Below are positions 1 through 11,799 of a stretch of 64,000 bases of DNA, one piece after another. Each line of letters opens with the position of its first letter. The first letter of the stretch is position 1. A model generated the notes under the pieces. It saw only the letters and a list, made by a program, of their open reading frames with translations, had not been told where the DNA came from and did not search any database. The DNA comes from an uncultured Chloroflexia bacterium. Its GTDB lineage: Bacteria > Chloroflexota > Limnocylindria > Limnocylindrales > CSP1-4. The DNA lies in assembly GCA_963713975.1 (NCBI GenBank), contig OY970218.1:3296001-3360000 (forward strand), given 5' to 3'. The translations under genes and the position numbers were made by a program.

Positions 1-44
1 GCGATCTGGGCTAGTGCGATGCGGAGCGGTTGCACGCTCCGAGT

Positions 45-1221
<1,177 letters not shown>

Positions 1222-1235
<14 letters not shown>

Positions 1236-2466
1236 TGCGATGCTCCGGTTCGGGCGGGACCGGCAGGCCACCGGCGCTGGGGTACAGGGACAGGGGGCCC
1301 TCCTCAGCCTCGACCCCGGCCACGAACCCCTTGAGGTCCGTGTATCCCGCCGCGGGTGCCAACTCGTCGGGCATGTCCTCGGGCGGCGGCGCGGCCACGA
1401 ACCCTGGGCGCTGTGGCCGACCCGCGCGGGCCTCCTCGGCGGTCGGCGGGTTGAAGCAGGCCACGCGGTGCGTGGCCGTGGCCCCGGTCGCGATGACGGC
1501 CGTGCCCTCGACGAGCGGGGTCAGCGCGGGGTTGTCGGTCCAGCACGCCTCCAGCCGCCAGGCGCAGCGGGGTGCGAACGGGCATCCGCTGGGTGCGTTG
1601 CGCATGTCGGGCGGCCGGCCCTCGATCGGGATGAGCGGCTCGCCCTCCCGCTCGTCCACCCGGGGCATCGAGTGCAGGAGGCCCACCGTGTACGGGTGTG
1701 ACGGCTTGTCGAACAGGTCGCCCGTCGGGGCCGTCTCGACGATGAAGCCCGCGTACATCACGTTGATCCGGTCGGTCATCCCGGCCACCACGCCCAGGTC
1801 ATGGGTGATCAGGATCAGCGACGTCCCCGACTCGCTCGTGAGGCGCGAGATCAGCTCGAGCACCTGGGCCTGGATCGTGACATCGAGGGCCGTCGTGGGC
1901 TCGTCCGCGATCATCAGCTTCGGCTCGAGCGCGAGGGCCATGGCGATCATGACCCGCTGCCGCATCCCGCCCGAGAACTGGTGGGGATAGCTCTTGAGGC
2001 GCTTCTCCGCCTGCGGGATCCCGACCATGCCCAGCAGCTCGACGGCGCGCGCCACCGCATCGCTCTTCGAGACCTTCTTGTGTGCCTGGATGGTCTCGAC
2101 CATCTGCTCCTGGACGGTCAGGACCGGGTTGAGGCTGGTCATCGGGTCCTGAAAGATCATCGCGATGTCCCGGCCGCGGATCTCCCGGAGGTCGGACTCG
2201 GCCATGGTGGCGAGGTCGACGCCGTCGAACAGCACGCTCCCGCCCTCGATCCTGCCCGCCGGCTTGGGCAGCAGCCGGATGATGGCGAGGTTGGTCACGC
2301 TCTTGCCGCAGCCGGACTCACCGACGAGGCCCAGGCGCTCCCCGCGGGCCAGCTCGAAGCTGACGCCATTGACCGCGTGGATCGTCCCGTCGTGGGTGCG
2401 GAACCTGACCACGAGGTCGCGGACGTCGAGGAGGGTCGTTCCGCCCTCGCCGCGCGCATCCGTCAT
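1222..2466 (-). CDS. dppD: Peptide ABC transporter ATP-binding subunit (DppD/OppD family)
   Basis: [39 protein letters not shown]...[11 protein letters not shown] overlap with the permease stop at 2463-2466. Confidence 0.93.
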
Positions 2467-3356
2467 CGCTTCATCCTCGGGTCGAGCGACTCGCGCAGGC
2501 CGTCGCCCAGCAGGTTGAACCCCACTGCGGTGATCACGATGGCGAGGCCCGGGAAGAAGATGAGCCACGGGGCCTGGCGCAGGAACTTCGTCGCATCGGT
2601 GAGCATGGTGCCCCACTCGGGCGTACGCGGATCGGGCGGGCCGAGGCCCAGGAAGCCGAGGCCGGCAACGTCGATGATCGCGGTCGCGAGGGCGAGCGTT
2701 GCCGCCACGATCAGGGGCGTCAGCGAGTTGGGCAGCATGTGCCGCAGCAGGATGCGGCCACCTCCCGCTCCGAGCGAGCGCGAGGCCATGATGTAGTCCG
2801 ATTCGCGCAGCGACAGCAGGCTGCCGCGCAGGATGCGGGCGAAGATCGGGACGTTGACCATGGCGACGGCGAACATGATCTGCGGGAGGCCGCGATCCAG
2901 CCAGGCAACGATGCCGATCGCGAGCAGGATGCCCGGGATCGCGAGCATGACATCCACGACGCGCATCAGGACGGAGTCGACCTTGCCGCCGAGGCCTCCC
3001 GCGAGGGCGCCGATCGTGCCGCCGATCAGGACACCCATGACGACCGAGGCGATACCGGCCACGAGGCTCACCTGCGCGCCGTAGATGACGCGGCTGAACT
3101 CGTCGCGGCCCTGGAGGTCCGTACCCATGATGTGGGCCGGGCTGGGGGGCTGGAGCCGGTTCGCCAGCGTGCCCTCCATCGGGTCGTAGGGCGCGATGGC
3201 CGACGCGAACACCGCCGTCAGGATGAACAGGATGATGATCAGTACGCCGACCATGGCCGGCGCGTTCCGCCGCAGGCGGCGGAGGGCGTCACCCCACAGG
3301 CCGCGACTCGCCCGAGCCTCGACTGGACGCCGGACCGGGACCGCAGGTGCAGCCAT
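2463..3356 (-). CDS. dppC: Peptide ABC transporter permease (DppC/OppC family)
   Basis: HIMGTDLQGRD motif, EAA-like loop (YIMASRSLGA...ILLRHMLPN), LGFLGLG, PEWG; multiple hydrophobic helices. Confidence 0.93.
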   Translation of the reverse strand: MAAPAVPVRRPVEARASRGLWGDALRRLRRNAPAMVGVLIIILFILTAVFASAIAPYDPMEGTLANRLQPPSPAHIMGTDLQGRDEFSRVIYGAQVSLVAGIASVVMGVLIGGTIGALAGGLGGKVDSVLMRVVDVMLAIPGILLAIGIVAWLDRGLPQIMFAVAMVNVPIFARILRGSLLSLRESDYIMASRSLGAGGGRILLRHMLPNSLTPLIVAATLALATAIIDVAGLGFLGLGPPDPRTPEWGTMLTDATKFLRQAPWLIFFPGLAIVITAVGFNLLGDGLRESLDPRMKR

Positions 3357-4360
3357 CAGGCGTACCGGATCCGCGGGTTGAGGAAGGCGTACATCACGTC
3401 CACGATCAGGTTCACCACCAGGAAGACGAGCGCGAAGAAGAGGATCGTGTTCTGGACCACGAGGTAGTCGCGGTTGTTGATCGCCTCGACGATGAACCGC
3501 CCGACTCCTCCCCAGGCGAAGACGGTCTCGGTGATGACCGCCCCCGCCAGCAGGCCGCCCACCTGGATCCCCATCACCGTGACCACCGGAAGCCAGGCAT
3601 TGCGCATGACGTGCCGGCTGTTGACCCGCTTCTCGGACAGGCCCTTCGCCCGCGCGGTGCGGACGTGGTCCTCGTTGCTCACGTCGAGCACGGAGGCGCG
3701 GGTGATCCGGGTGATGATCGCCAGCGGGATGGAGCCCAGGGCGATCGCCGGCAGGATGAGGTGCGTGATCCCGTCCCAGAACAGGTCGGGGCGACCCATG
3801 AGCAGCGAGTCGATGAGGACGAAGTTCGTTTGGATCTCGAGATTCGCCCGGGGGTCGATCCGGCCGCCGGCGGGCAGGATCCCGAGCTGGACGGCGAAGA
3901 TGTACTGGAGCGTGAGGCCCAGCACGAACACCGGGATGCTGATGCCCAGGAGCGAGACGATCGTCACGGCACCGTCGGGCCAGCCCTGCGCGTGGCGGGC
4001 CGCGAACCGGCCGAGGGGGATCCCGATGCCGGCGGCGAAGATGATCGCCCCGACCGTCAGCTCGATGGTCGCCGGGAACCGGGTCAGCAGTTCCTTGAGC
4101 AGCGGCTGGTTGTTGATGACGCTGGACCCGAGATCGCCCTGGAACAGGTTCCCGAGGTAGCCCAAGTACTGCTGCCAGAGCGGGTCATCGAGTCCGAGGT
4201 ACTCGCGCATCGCCGCGACGCGCGCTGGTGTCGCGTGCTGGCCGAGGATGGCCGCCGCCGGATCGCCGGGCAGCAGGTGCACGAAGCCGAACAGGATGAT
4301 GGACAGCCCGAACAGGACGGGGATGGCACCGATAAGCCGTCGGGCGATGTACTTGGCCAT
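3356..4360 (-). CDS. dppB: Peptide ABC transporter permease (DppB/OppB family)
   Basis: LPGDPA, GDLGSS, RFPATIEL, TARAKGL EAA loop, TETVFAWGGVG. Confidence 0.93.
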   Translation of the reverse strand: MAKYIARRLIGAIPVLFGLSIILFGFVHLLPGDPAAAILGQHATPARVAAMREYLGLDDPLWQQYLGYLGNLFQGDLGSSVINNQPLLKELLTRFPATIELTVGAIIFAAGIGIPLGRFAARHAQGWPDGAVTIVSLLGISIPVFVLGLTLQYIFAVQLGILPAGGRIDPRANLEIQTNFVLIDSLLMGRPDLFWDGITHLILPAIALGSIPLAIITRITRASVLDVSNEDHVRTARAKGLSEKRVNSRHVMRNAWLPVVTVMGIQVGGLLAGAVITETVFAWGGVGRFIVEAINNRDYLVVQNTILFFALVFLVVNLIVDVMYAFLNPRIRYA

Positions 4361-4410
4361 CGGGTCGGGCGGTCCTCTGGATTGTGACGCGGTGTGCGGT
4401 CCCGGATGCG

Positions 4411-4445
4411 ATGGTCCCCCGGGGCTGAGGCCGCCGGGGGACCAT
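4411..4445 (-). terminator. Strong stem-loop after the solute-binding gene (attenuator or mRNA-stabilising hairpin)
   Basis: Inverted repeat ATGGTCCCCCGG...CCGGGGGACCAT between the SBP stop and the permease start; no clear U-tract. Confidence 0.55.
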
Positions 4446-4481
4446 CTGCGCGTGGTGCCCGCCGTCAGCGGGCGTCACACG

Positions 4482-6194
4482 CTACTTGTCGAGCCAGACG
4501 CTCTGGAAGCTCTCGAGGAGTGTCGGGGACGGAATGAAGCCCTTGACGTACGTCGCCGCTGCCGAGGGCGTCTTGCCCGAGGCGATCGGCAGCGCCGGCA
4601 TGTCGGCCAGGATCAGGTCCTGCGCCTTCTCCCAGGCGGCCTGCTGCGCCGACTCTTCGGTCGCGGCGAGCGCGTCCAGCATGGCCTGGTTCATCTCGTC
4701 GTTCTTGTACGCGAACTCGGGGTTCGGGCCGACGGGGTCGCCCCGGTAGCCGAAGTCCGCGGTGTACAGGAAGTTGTCGATCCCCAGCCAGTCGCAGTTC
4801 CAGCCGATGAGCCACATCGGGTACGTTCCCGTGGACTCGGCGGCCAGGTAGTCCGGGCGCCAGGGGGCGGTCTTCGGGTTCGGCTTGAACCCGACGGCCT
4901 CGAGGTCACGCAGGATGGCCTCGAACTCGCCCTTCGGATCGGGCATGTAGGCGCGGCTCACGTCGGACGGATACCAGAAGTCGAACGACAGGTCGGTCAC
5001 GCCGGACTCGGCGATGAGCGCCTTGGCGGCCTCGGGATCGTAAGCCGGGAACGCGAGCTCCTTGGCGAACTTCGTGCCGGGCGGGGCCCAGTTGGAGGGC
5101 ACGACGCCGGCGGCGCCGAAGAATGCGTCGACCATCGCCTGGCGGTTGACGGCGGCGGCGACGGCCTGGCGGATCTTGACGTTGTCGAACGGCTTGTGGG
5201 TCTGGTTCATGGCCAGGATGCCCACGTTGCAGGAGCTGCCGCGATCGATCGCGGCGAGGTTCGGGTCGCTCGCGGCCGCCTCGATGTCGTTGGGCGCGAT
5301 GGCCTGGGCGATGTCGACGTCTCCGGCCTGCAGCGCGTTGAGCGTAGCGGTCGTGTCGGTGATCGGCTTGAACGTGATCTGATCGAGGTACGGGCCGCCG
5401 GCGGCCGCGTTCCAGTAGTCAGGGTTCTTGGTCACGATGACCTGCTGGCCCGGTGTCCACTCCTTGAACACGAAGGGGCCCGTGCCGACCATCGCGGGCG
5501 GCCCGCCGGTCGCGTACGTGTTGTTCGCGAAGTCGGGGGCGCTGGCGTTGCCGGCCTCGAGGGCCGCCGGGCTGGAGATGCCGAACGGCGTCAGCGTCAG
5601 CTGGATCAGGAACGCGGAGTTCGGCGCGTTGAGCGTGACGGCGACCGTCGACGCATCGGGGGCCTCCACCGCCTTGATCGCCGGCGTGATGACCGTGTCG
5701 ATGTAGTAGGTGTAGCCGAGATCGACGTAGGACTGCGGGATGTTCATCCAGCGGTCGAAGTTGAACTTGACGGCAGCCGCATCGAGGGGGGTGCCGTCAT
5801 GGAACTTGACGCCGTCGCGGATGGTGAACGTGTACGTCAGGCCGTCGTCGCTGACCTTCCACTCGGTCGCCAGCGCCGGGACGATCTGGTCGCCGGTGCC
5901 GGGGGCGAGCGTGATCAGCGTCTCCATGACCTGCTGGCCGACGTACGAAGAGTTCGCGTCGTCGATCAGGGCCGTGTCGGTCCGGTTGATGTCGCCGGGA
6001 AGCGCGACGACGAGGGTGCCGCCTTCCGTGATGCCGGCGGCCGGCGCCTCAGTGGCAGGTGCGGCAGTGGCGCCGGGCTCGACGCTCGCCGGAGGTGCTG
6101 CGCTCTCCGGCGCGGTGGTCGCCGTGGACCCACCGCAGGCTGCGAACGCGATCGCCGTAGCAGCGAACAGCGCCCCGAATCGGATACGGGACAT
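4482..6194 (-). CDS. dppA: Family 5 (peptide/nickel) ABC solute-binding lipoprotein, canonical domain order
   Basis: Lipobox FAAC, Ala/Pro/Thr linker, GGTLVVAL, PALATEW...YTFTIRDGVKFHDG, GTGPF. GGAGGAG RBS before ATG 6194. Confidence 0.92.
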   Translation of the reverse strand: MSRIRFGALFAATAIAFAACGGSTATTAPESAAPPASVEPGATAAPATEAPAAGITEGGTLVVALPGDINRTDTALIDDANSSYVGQQVMETLITLAPGTGDQIVPALATEWKVSDDGLTYTFTIRDGVKFHDGTPLDAAAVKFNFDRWMNIPQSYVDLGYTYYIDTVITPAIKAVEAPDASTVAVTLNAPNSAFLIQLTLTPFGISSPAALEAGNASAPDFANNTYATGGPPAMVGTGPFVFKEWTPGQQVIVTKNPDYWNAAAGGPYLDQITFKPITDTTATLNALQAGDVDIAQAIAPNDIEAAASDPNLAAIDRGSSCNVGILAMNQTHKPFDNVKIRQAVAAAVNRQAMVDAFFGAAGVVPSNWAPPGTKFAKELAFPAYDPEAAKALIAESGVTDLSFDFWYPSDVSRAYMPDPKGEFEAILRDLEAVGFKPNPKTAPWRPDYLAAESTGTYPMWLIGWNCDWLGIDNFLYTADFGYRGDPVGPNPEFAYKNDEMNQAMLDALAATEESAQQAAWEKAQDLILADMPALPIASGKTPSAAATYVKGFIPSPTLLESFQSVWLDK

Positions 6195-6488
6195 CGATAC
6201 TCCTCCTCCAGCCGGGTCAGACGACACGAATCGTCAGGCGGGCGGCCCGGCACCGCGGCTCCGCCGTGTGCGGGTGCATGATACTCACCCTACGGCTCAG
6301 TGCCAGCGGAGGTTCGCGCTCGATCGCCGCCTGGCGCGTCCGCCGGCCCGGCGGGCGCCCCGGTCCGGGGAGTCGGTGTAGGCTTCCGGGACGCCACGAC
6401 CAACCCTGGCATCGGGCGCCGGGGGCGTGCAGCCGACCCCCGTACTCCGCCCCCGAACCCCGTATTCCGACCCGGAGCCGCCATCTCC

Positions 6489-8288
6489 ATGACCCCGATC
6501 CGCAGGAGGCTGCCGGCTATCGCGCTCGCGATCCTGGCCGTGGCCGCGTGTGGGAGCGAGCCGGTGCTCACGCCGATCCCATCGGTGGATCCGGCGGCCC
6601 TGGGTGCCACCGCGAAACCGGCGGCCTCCGAGCGCCCGTTCGCCCAGGTGGCGTGGCCGACCTCCGCCAGCGCCTGTGACCTCCCCGACTACGCCGGCCG
6701 CCTGGGCCGGCTCGAGGCCGTCAACGCCCGGACGATCCGGTTCACGCTGTGCGATGCCGATGGGGCGTTCCCCGCCCGTCTCGCCCATCCCGCCCTGGGG
6801 GTCGTCGACTCGGCCACGGTGGACCTCGTGGCGGCCGACCCTGCCTCGGCCCGCCTCGTCGCGGGTGCGGGCGAGTTCCGCGTGGAGGCCTGGGCCGAGG
6901 GTGAGAACGTGCGGCTCGGCCGCGTCCCGAGCAGCACCGCCTCGCCGAGCCCGCCCGCTGCCGGCGTCCCGTCCGGCTCCGCCTCGCCGGTGGCGTCGGG
7001 CGCGCGGCCTGAGGGGCCTGGTTCGCCGCCCGCGACCATCGTGCTCCGCTGGGCCGCGACGTCCGCCGATCGGGCGGCGGCATTGCGCGAGGCCGAGGTG
7101 GACGGCATCGACGCGCCGGCCGCGTCGGACATCGCGGACATGTCGACCCTGCCAGAGATCGTGATCACGCCCCGCCCGGGAACGGCCACGGCCTACCTGG
7201 GGTTCGGGACGGGCCACGGCTTCGGGCAGACGGCGGTCCGGCGCGCGTTCGCCCAGGGGCTCGACTCGGCGGCACTTGCCCGCGACGCCTTCGCTGCCGG
7301 CGCCATCGCGGCCACGCACGTCGCCCCCTGCGAGGTTGCCGGTGGCTGTGCCGGCATGGCCTGGTACGAGTTCAACGGGCCGGCCGGAGCGGCCGCGCTC
7401 GGCCTTGCCGGCTACGACCTCACGGCATCCGTCCCGCTCCGGATCCCCGATGGACCCGTGGCCGGCCTCCCTGATCCAGCGGGGCTGGCGGCGGCCATCC
7501 GCGACCAGCTGCAGGCGAGCCTGGGGGTCACGGCGGAGATCGAGGAGATGCCCGCAGCCGAGCTCGCCACGGCCATTGCCGAGGGAGATCTCGATGGGCT
7601 CTACCTCGGTGGGATCGCGTCGCCCCTCGCGGACGCGTCCGGGTATCTCGAGCCCCTCTTCGGCGCCGACGCGACGGGGACCGCCGTGCAGCGGGCCCGT
7701 GGCGTGACCCGCGCCCTGGGCGATGTCGCCGGGGCCGTCGAGGATGCCGCCCGTCGGGATGCGTTCGGGGCGATCAACGACCGTATCCGGTCGGCCGCGC
7801 CGATCATCCCGCTGGTCCACCCCGGAGCGATGACCGCATACCGGGCCGACGTGTCCCGGGTCGCGATCTCGCCCCTGGGCGTGGATCCGCTGGGCGACTT
7901 CATCGCGGGCGACCGAAGCCAGCTGGTCGTGATGCAGGCCGGGGAGCCGGTCGGCGCCTGGTGTGCCGTCACCACCTCGGTTGAGGCGCTGCAGCTGTGC
8001 GGGCTGGTGACGCCGGGCCTGTTCCGCTTCGCCGGTGCGTCGCTGGTCCCGGTCCCGTCGCTCGCATCACGGTGCGACCCGTCCAAGGACGCAACGGTCT
8101 GGACGTGCCGCCTCCGCAGTGACCTCTCGTTCTCGGACGGCAGGCGCGTGGATGCAGGGGACGTCCTCGCCTCGATGCGGGCCCAGGCGGATGCCGGCAG
8201 CCCGCTCCGCGTCAGCCGGCCGGCGACGACGTTTGCCACCTGGGACGACCTGTTCCGCGGTCCGGTCCCGGCGAACGCCTTGCCCTGA
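6489..8288 (+). CDS. Circularly permuted family 5 ABC solute-binding lipoprotein
   Basis: Lipobox VAAC. Family-5 motifs are present, but the normally N-terminal block (LVVMQAG...PSLASRC...WTCRLRSDLSFSDGRRVDAGDV) lies at the C-terminus. Confidence 0.8.
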   Translation: MTPIRRRLPAIALAILAVAACGSEPVLTPIPSVDPAALGATAKPAASERPFAQVAWPTSASACDLPDYAGRLGRLEAVNARTIRFTLCDADGAFPARLAHPALGVVDSATVDLVAADPASARLVAGAGEFRVEAWAEGENVRLGRVPSSTASPSPPAAGVPSGSASPVASGARPEGPGSPPATIVLRWAATSADRAAALREAEVDGIDAPAASDIADMSTLPEIVITPRPGTATAYLGFGTGHGFGQTAVRRAFAQGLDSAALARDAFAAGAIAATHVAPCEVAGGCAGMAWYEFNGPAGAAALGLAGYDLTASVPLRIPDGPVAGLPDPAGLAAAIRDQLQASLGVTAEIEEMPAAELATAIAEGDLDGLYLGGIASPLADASGYLEPLFGADATGTAVQRARGVTRALGDVAGAVEDAARRDAFGAINDRIRSAAPIIPLVHPGAMTAYRADVSRVAISPLGVDPLGDFIAGDRSQLVVMQAGEPVGAWCAVTTSVEALQLCGLVTPGLFRFAGASLVPVPSLASRCDPSKDATVWTCRLRSDLSFSDGRRVDAGDVLASMRAQADAGSPLRVSRPATTFATWDDLFRGPVPANALP

Positions 8289-8387
8289 CGGCGGCAACGT
8301 CGCCCTGACTTCGCCGGGCGCGGCGTCCGGAGAGCGGTGTGCCCGGGTCATGACCAGCGGCAAGGTCCCGGGCGGATCGCGCCCGGC

Positions 8388-8972
8388 CTACTTGGTCAGC
8401 AGCCGCTGCATCAGGAGTGCCTGGTCCGCGAGCGGGCCGATCAACCGTCGGGCCTCCGCGTAGCGGATCAGCCCGTCCGCCAGCTGCTGGCTGCCGGTGG
8501 TGACCCCGGCGGCGTCGCCGGCGATGAGGGCGAGGTGCAAGGTGGTCGCCCCCGCCAGCATCGCGGGGAACGCCGCCTCGTAGGCTCGGGCGGCCGGTGC
8601 GGTCTCGGGGTACTCGGCGAGGCGCGGGATCTGCGTCTCGAGGCGCTCGATGAGCGTGGCGAGGCCGTCTGCCGCACCAAGCATCGCGTCGAGGTCCTCG
8701 TACGCGGCGGCCGCGCCCAGGTCCGCACCGGCCGCCTGGATCTCCGCGTCCGCCTTCGCCAGGATCATCACGGCCTCAACGATGCCGCCGGGCCAGCGCG
8801 TGGGCGAAGGGGCGGGACTGACATCGCCGGGAGATGGTGGCGCCTGCGACGCCGATGCCGAGGGCGAGCCCGCAGTCGTGGACGGGCTCGCGCCCACGGG
8901 GCTGCATGCCCCCACCAGCGACGCGAGCGCGAGCAGGGCCGCCGCTGCGAACCACGCCCGGAACGTGCCCAT
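8388..8972 (-). CDS. Hypothetical lipoprotein (Ser/Pro-rich linker plus helical domain)
   Basis: Signal peptide with lipobox-like VGAC, low-complexity linker, Ala-rich amphipathic helices. Last gene of the second ABC operon. An alternative GTG start at 8993 overlaps the upstream stop. Confidence 0.7.
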   Translation of the reverse strand: MGTFRAWFAAAALLALASLVGACSPVGASPSTTAGSPSASASQAPPSPGDVSPAPSPTRWPGGIVEAVMILAKADAEIQAAGADLGAAAAYEDLDAMLGAADGLATLIERLETQIPRLAEYPETAPAARAYEAAFPAMLAGATTLHLALIAGDAAGVTTGSQQLADGLIRYAEARRLIGPLADQALLMQRLLTK

Positions 8973-8989
8973 CTGACCGGGACCCGGGG

Positions 8990-10681
8990 TCACTCGACGT
9001 CGATGCCCGACGTGACGACCGTGGCCGTCTCGGCGGCGACCTCCGCGACCACCGTCTGGCTGATGTCCTCGGCGAAGTGGCAGGCGACCCGGTGGCCGGC
9101 CTCGGTGAAGGTCCGGAGCTCGGGCACCTCGGTCGTGCATTGCTCGGGATTGCCCAGGCGCTCGCGCAGCCAGCACCGCGTGTGGAAGCGGCACCCGGAC
9201 GGCGGGGCGGCCGGCGACGGCACATCCCCACGCAGGACGAGGCGCTTCTTCCGGCGCCGGGGATCCGCCTCCGGGATCGCGGACAGCAGCGCCACCGTGT
9301 ACGGGTGCCGCGGGTCGGCGTACAGCTGTTCCACGGTGCCGACCTCGACCAGCCTGCCCAGGTACATGACCCCGACGCGGTCCGAGAAGTACTGCACGAC
9401 GGACAGGTTGTGGCTGATGAACAGGTAGGTGAGGTTGAGGTCCCGCTTGAGGTCCAGCAGCAGGTTGAGCACCTGGCTCTGGATCGACACGTCGAGCGCG
9501 GACACCGGCTCGTCCGCGACGATGAAGTCGGGGCCGAGCGCAAGGGCACGCGCGACGCCGATGCGCTGCCGCTGGCCGCCCGAGAACTCGTGCGGGTAGC
9601 GGCGCGTGTACTCGCGCCGGAGGCCGACGAGCTCGAGGGCGTCCTCCACTCGCTTGTCCCGCGCCTTCCGATCCGTCAGCCCCTGCGAGAGCAGGCCCTC
9701 GCCGATGATGTCGCTGATCGGCATCCGCGGATTGAGCGACCCGAACGGGTCCTGGAAGATGATCTGCATGCGGCGGCGAAGCGGCCGCATGTCCTCGGGA
9801 TCCACGTCCGCCAGCTCGTAGCCGTCGAAGACGACCCTTCCGTCCGTGGACGGCGTCAGCTGGATGAGGGTCCGCCCCAGGGTGGTCTTGCCGCAGCCCG
9901 ACTCACCCACGAGGGCGAAGGTCTCGCCGGGCATGATCTCGAAGTCAACGCCGTCCACCGCGTAGACGGTGCCGATCTGGCGGCGGAGCACGCCGCCATA
10001 GATCGGGAAGTGCTTCTTGAGGTTCTGGACCACCACCAGCGGCGCGGTCGCCGCAGCGGGGACAGCGCGCGCGGCGGCATCGCCGGCCAGGATGACACCG
10101 GCGGCAGCTCCGGCGGCTCCGGACGGCGCGGCGTCGGGTGTCACGGGCTCGGACACGACGGTCAGCGGTGCATCGATCGGACGCGCACCCGTCTCCTCCG
10201 GCTTCAGGCGGCGCTCGCGCGTGCCGTCGAACCAGCTCGCGGCGCGGGTGAAGTGCCAGCCCGAGAAGACCGCGAGCACGAACGGCACCAGCAGCCCCAG
10301 CTGGGCGAAGAACACGGAGTTCGGGTCTGTGATCCGATCGCCCATGGTAACCATCAGGTAGCCAAGGACGATCGAGAGCACCCCATCGGTCAGGAGGACC
10401 AGCGCCAGGGCCCAACGCTGGCGGGTCGCCGTGAGCCGCACGACGGCCACGATCACGACCGCCAGCGGGACCACGATCAGGGCCGTGGGCGGCAACACGT
10501 CCAGGACGCCCTTGACCCCGATGAGGATCCCCAGCACGAGGAGCACCAGGAGAACGATGCCGTAGGCCGCGATGCTCAGGAGCAGGGCCCTGCCGTTGCG
10601 GATGCCGACCGGCGGCCGCCGGCGCAGGCGATGGCGGATCTGGAGCTCGGCGGCGGAGGCTGCGTCGGTCGTGGTCGTCAT
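8990..10681 (-). CDS. oppF: OppF-family ABC ATPase with N-terminal ~4-TM membrane domain
   Basis: [25 protein letters not shown] and HPY/Cys domain, preceded in frame by about 210 aa with four hydrophobic segments. ATGA overlap with the oppD stop. Confidence 0.88.
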   Translation of the reverse strand: MTTTTDAASAAELQIRHRLRRRPPVGIRNGRALLLSIAAYGIVLLVLLVLGILIGVKGVLDVLPPTALIVVPLAVVIVAVVRLTATRQRWALALVLLTDGVLSIVLGYLMVTMGDRITDPNSVFFAQLGLLVPFVLAVFSGWHFTRAASWFDGTRERRLKPEETGARPIDAPLTVVSEPVTPDAAPSGAAGAAAGVILAGDAAARAVPAAATAPLVVVQNLKKHFPIYGGVLRRQIGTVYAVDGVDFEIMPGETFALVGESGCGKTTLGRTLIQLTPSTDGRVVFDGYELADVDPEDMRPLRRRMQIIFQDPFGSLNPRMPISDIIGEGLLSQGLTDRKARDKRVEDALELVGLRREYTRRYPHEFSGGQRQRIGVARALALGPDFIVADEPVSALDVSIQSQVLNLLLDLKRDLNLTYLFISHNLSVVQYFSDRVGVMYLGRLVEVGTVEQLYADPRHPYTVALLSAIPEADPRRRKKRLVLRGDVPSPAAPPSGCRFHTRCWLRERLGNPEQCTTEVPELRTFTEAGHRVACHFAEDISQTVVAEVAAETATVVTSGIDVE

Positions 10682-11799
10682 CCGTTGCCGAGCCTGTCCG
10701 GTGCGCCGGTCATGCGCCGGCCCGTCGTCATGTTCTGCTCGTGCCGTGCGACCGCGCGATCCAGCCGCCCGCCCGCCTCGGCAAGGTGGAGGTGGCAGCG
10801 GGCCAGCCGACCGGACGCACCGGCCGGGTACAGCTCGGGTGGCACCTCGCGGCAAGTCTCCCAGCGATACGGGCAGCGCGGCTCGAACCGGCAGTTCGGC
10901 GGCAGGTGGAACGGCGAGGGCACGACGCCCGCGATGGCCGACAGCCGCCCGCCGCGCTTCTCGACGGTCGGGATCGACTCGATCAGGCCCATCGTGTACG
11001 GCATCCGGGGCTCGATCAGGACCTCTTCCACCGTCCCCTTCTCCACGACCTGTCCCGCATACATGACGATCACGTTGTCGACCATCTCCGCGACCACGCC
11101 GAGGTCGTGCGTGATCAGCACCAGCGCGGCACCCGTCCGCTGCTGGATGACCTTGAGCAGCTCCAGGATCTGCGCCTGGACCGTCACGTCTAGCGCCGTG
11201 GACGGTTCGTCCGCGATCAGGAGCTTGGGCTCGCAGGAGAGCGCCATCGCGATCATCACGCGCTGCCGCATCCCACCCGAGAGCTCGTGCGGGTACTGCT
11301 TGGCGCGCCGCTCGGGACTCGGGATGCCCACGAGGCGCAGCATCTCCACGGCGCGATCGCGTGACTCGCGAGCGTTGACGTCGAGGTGCAGCTCCACCTG
11401 CTCGGCGATCTGGTCGCCCACGGAGAACACGGGGTTCAGGGCGGTCAGCGGCTCCTGGAAGATCATCGCCATGTCGTTGCCGCGGATCCGGCGCATGTCG
11501 GGCTCCGGGAGCGAGAGCACCTCCCGGCCATCGAACCAGATCTCGCTGCCCTCGCCGATCTCGGCCGGGGGGATGTCGAGCAGACGCATGATCGTGAGCG
11601 CGGTCACGCTCTTGCCGGAGCCTGACTCACCGACGATGCCCAGGGTCTGGCCCTTGTCGAGCGAGAAGCTGACACCGTCCACCGCCGGGACGACGCCGTC
11701 CATCACCTTGAAGTAGGTCCGCAGGTTGCGGACGTCCAGCAGGGTGTCCTCGGGGGGCGGGGCCCCGAGCCCGGGGCGGACGGTCGAGGTCTCGCTCAT
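10678..11799 (-). CDS. oppD: Peptide ABC transporter ATP-binding subunit (OppD family)
   Basis: [33 protein letters not shown]...C...ARCH. Confidence 0.93.
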   Translation of the reverse strand: MSETSTVRPGLGAPPPEDTLLDVRNLRTYFKVMDGVVPAVDGVSFSLDKGQTLGIVGESGSGKSVTALTIMRLLDIPPAEIGEGSEIWFDGREVLSLPEPDMRRIRGNDMAMIFQEPLTALNPVFSVGDQIAEQVELHLDVNARESRDRAVEMLRLVGIPSPERRAKQYPHELSGGMRQRVMIAMALSCEPKLLIADEPSTALDVTVQAQILELLKVIQQRTGAALVLITHDLGVVAEMVDNVIVMYAGQVVEKGTVEEVLIEPRMPYTMGLIESIPTVEKRGGRLSAIAGVVPSPFHLPPNCRFEPRCPYRWETCREVPPELYPAGASGRLARCHLHLAEAGGRLDRAVARHEQNMTTGRRMTGAPDRLGNG

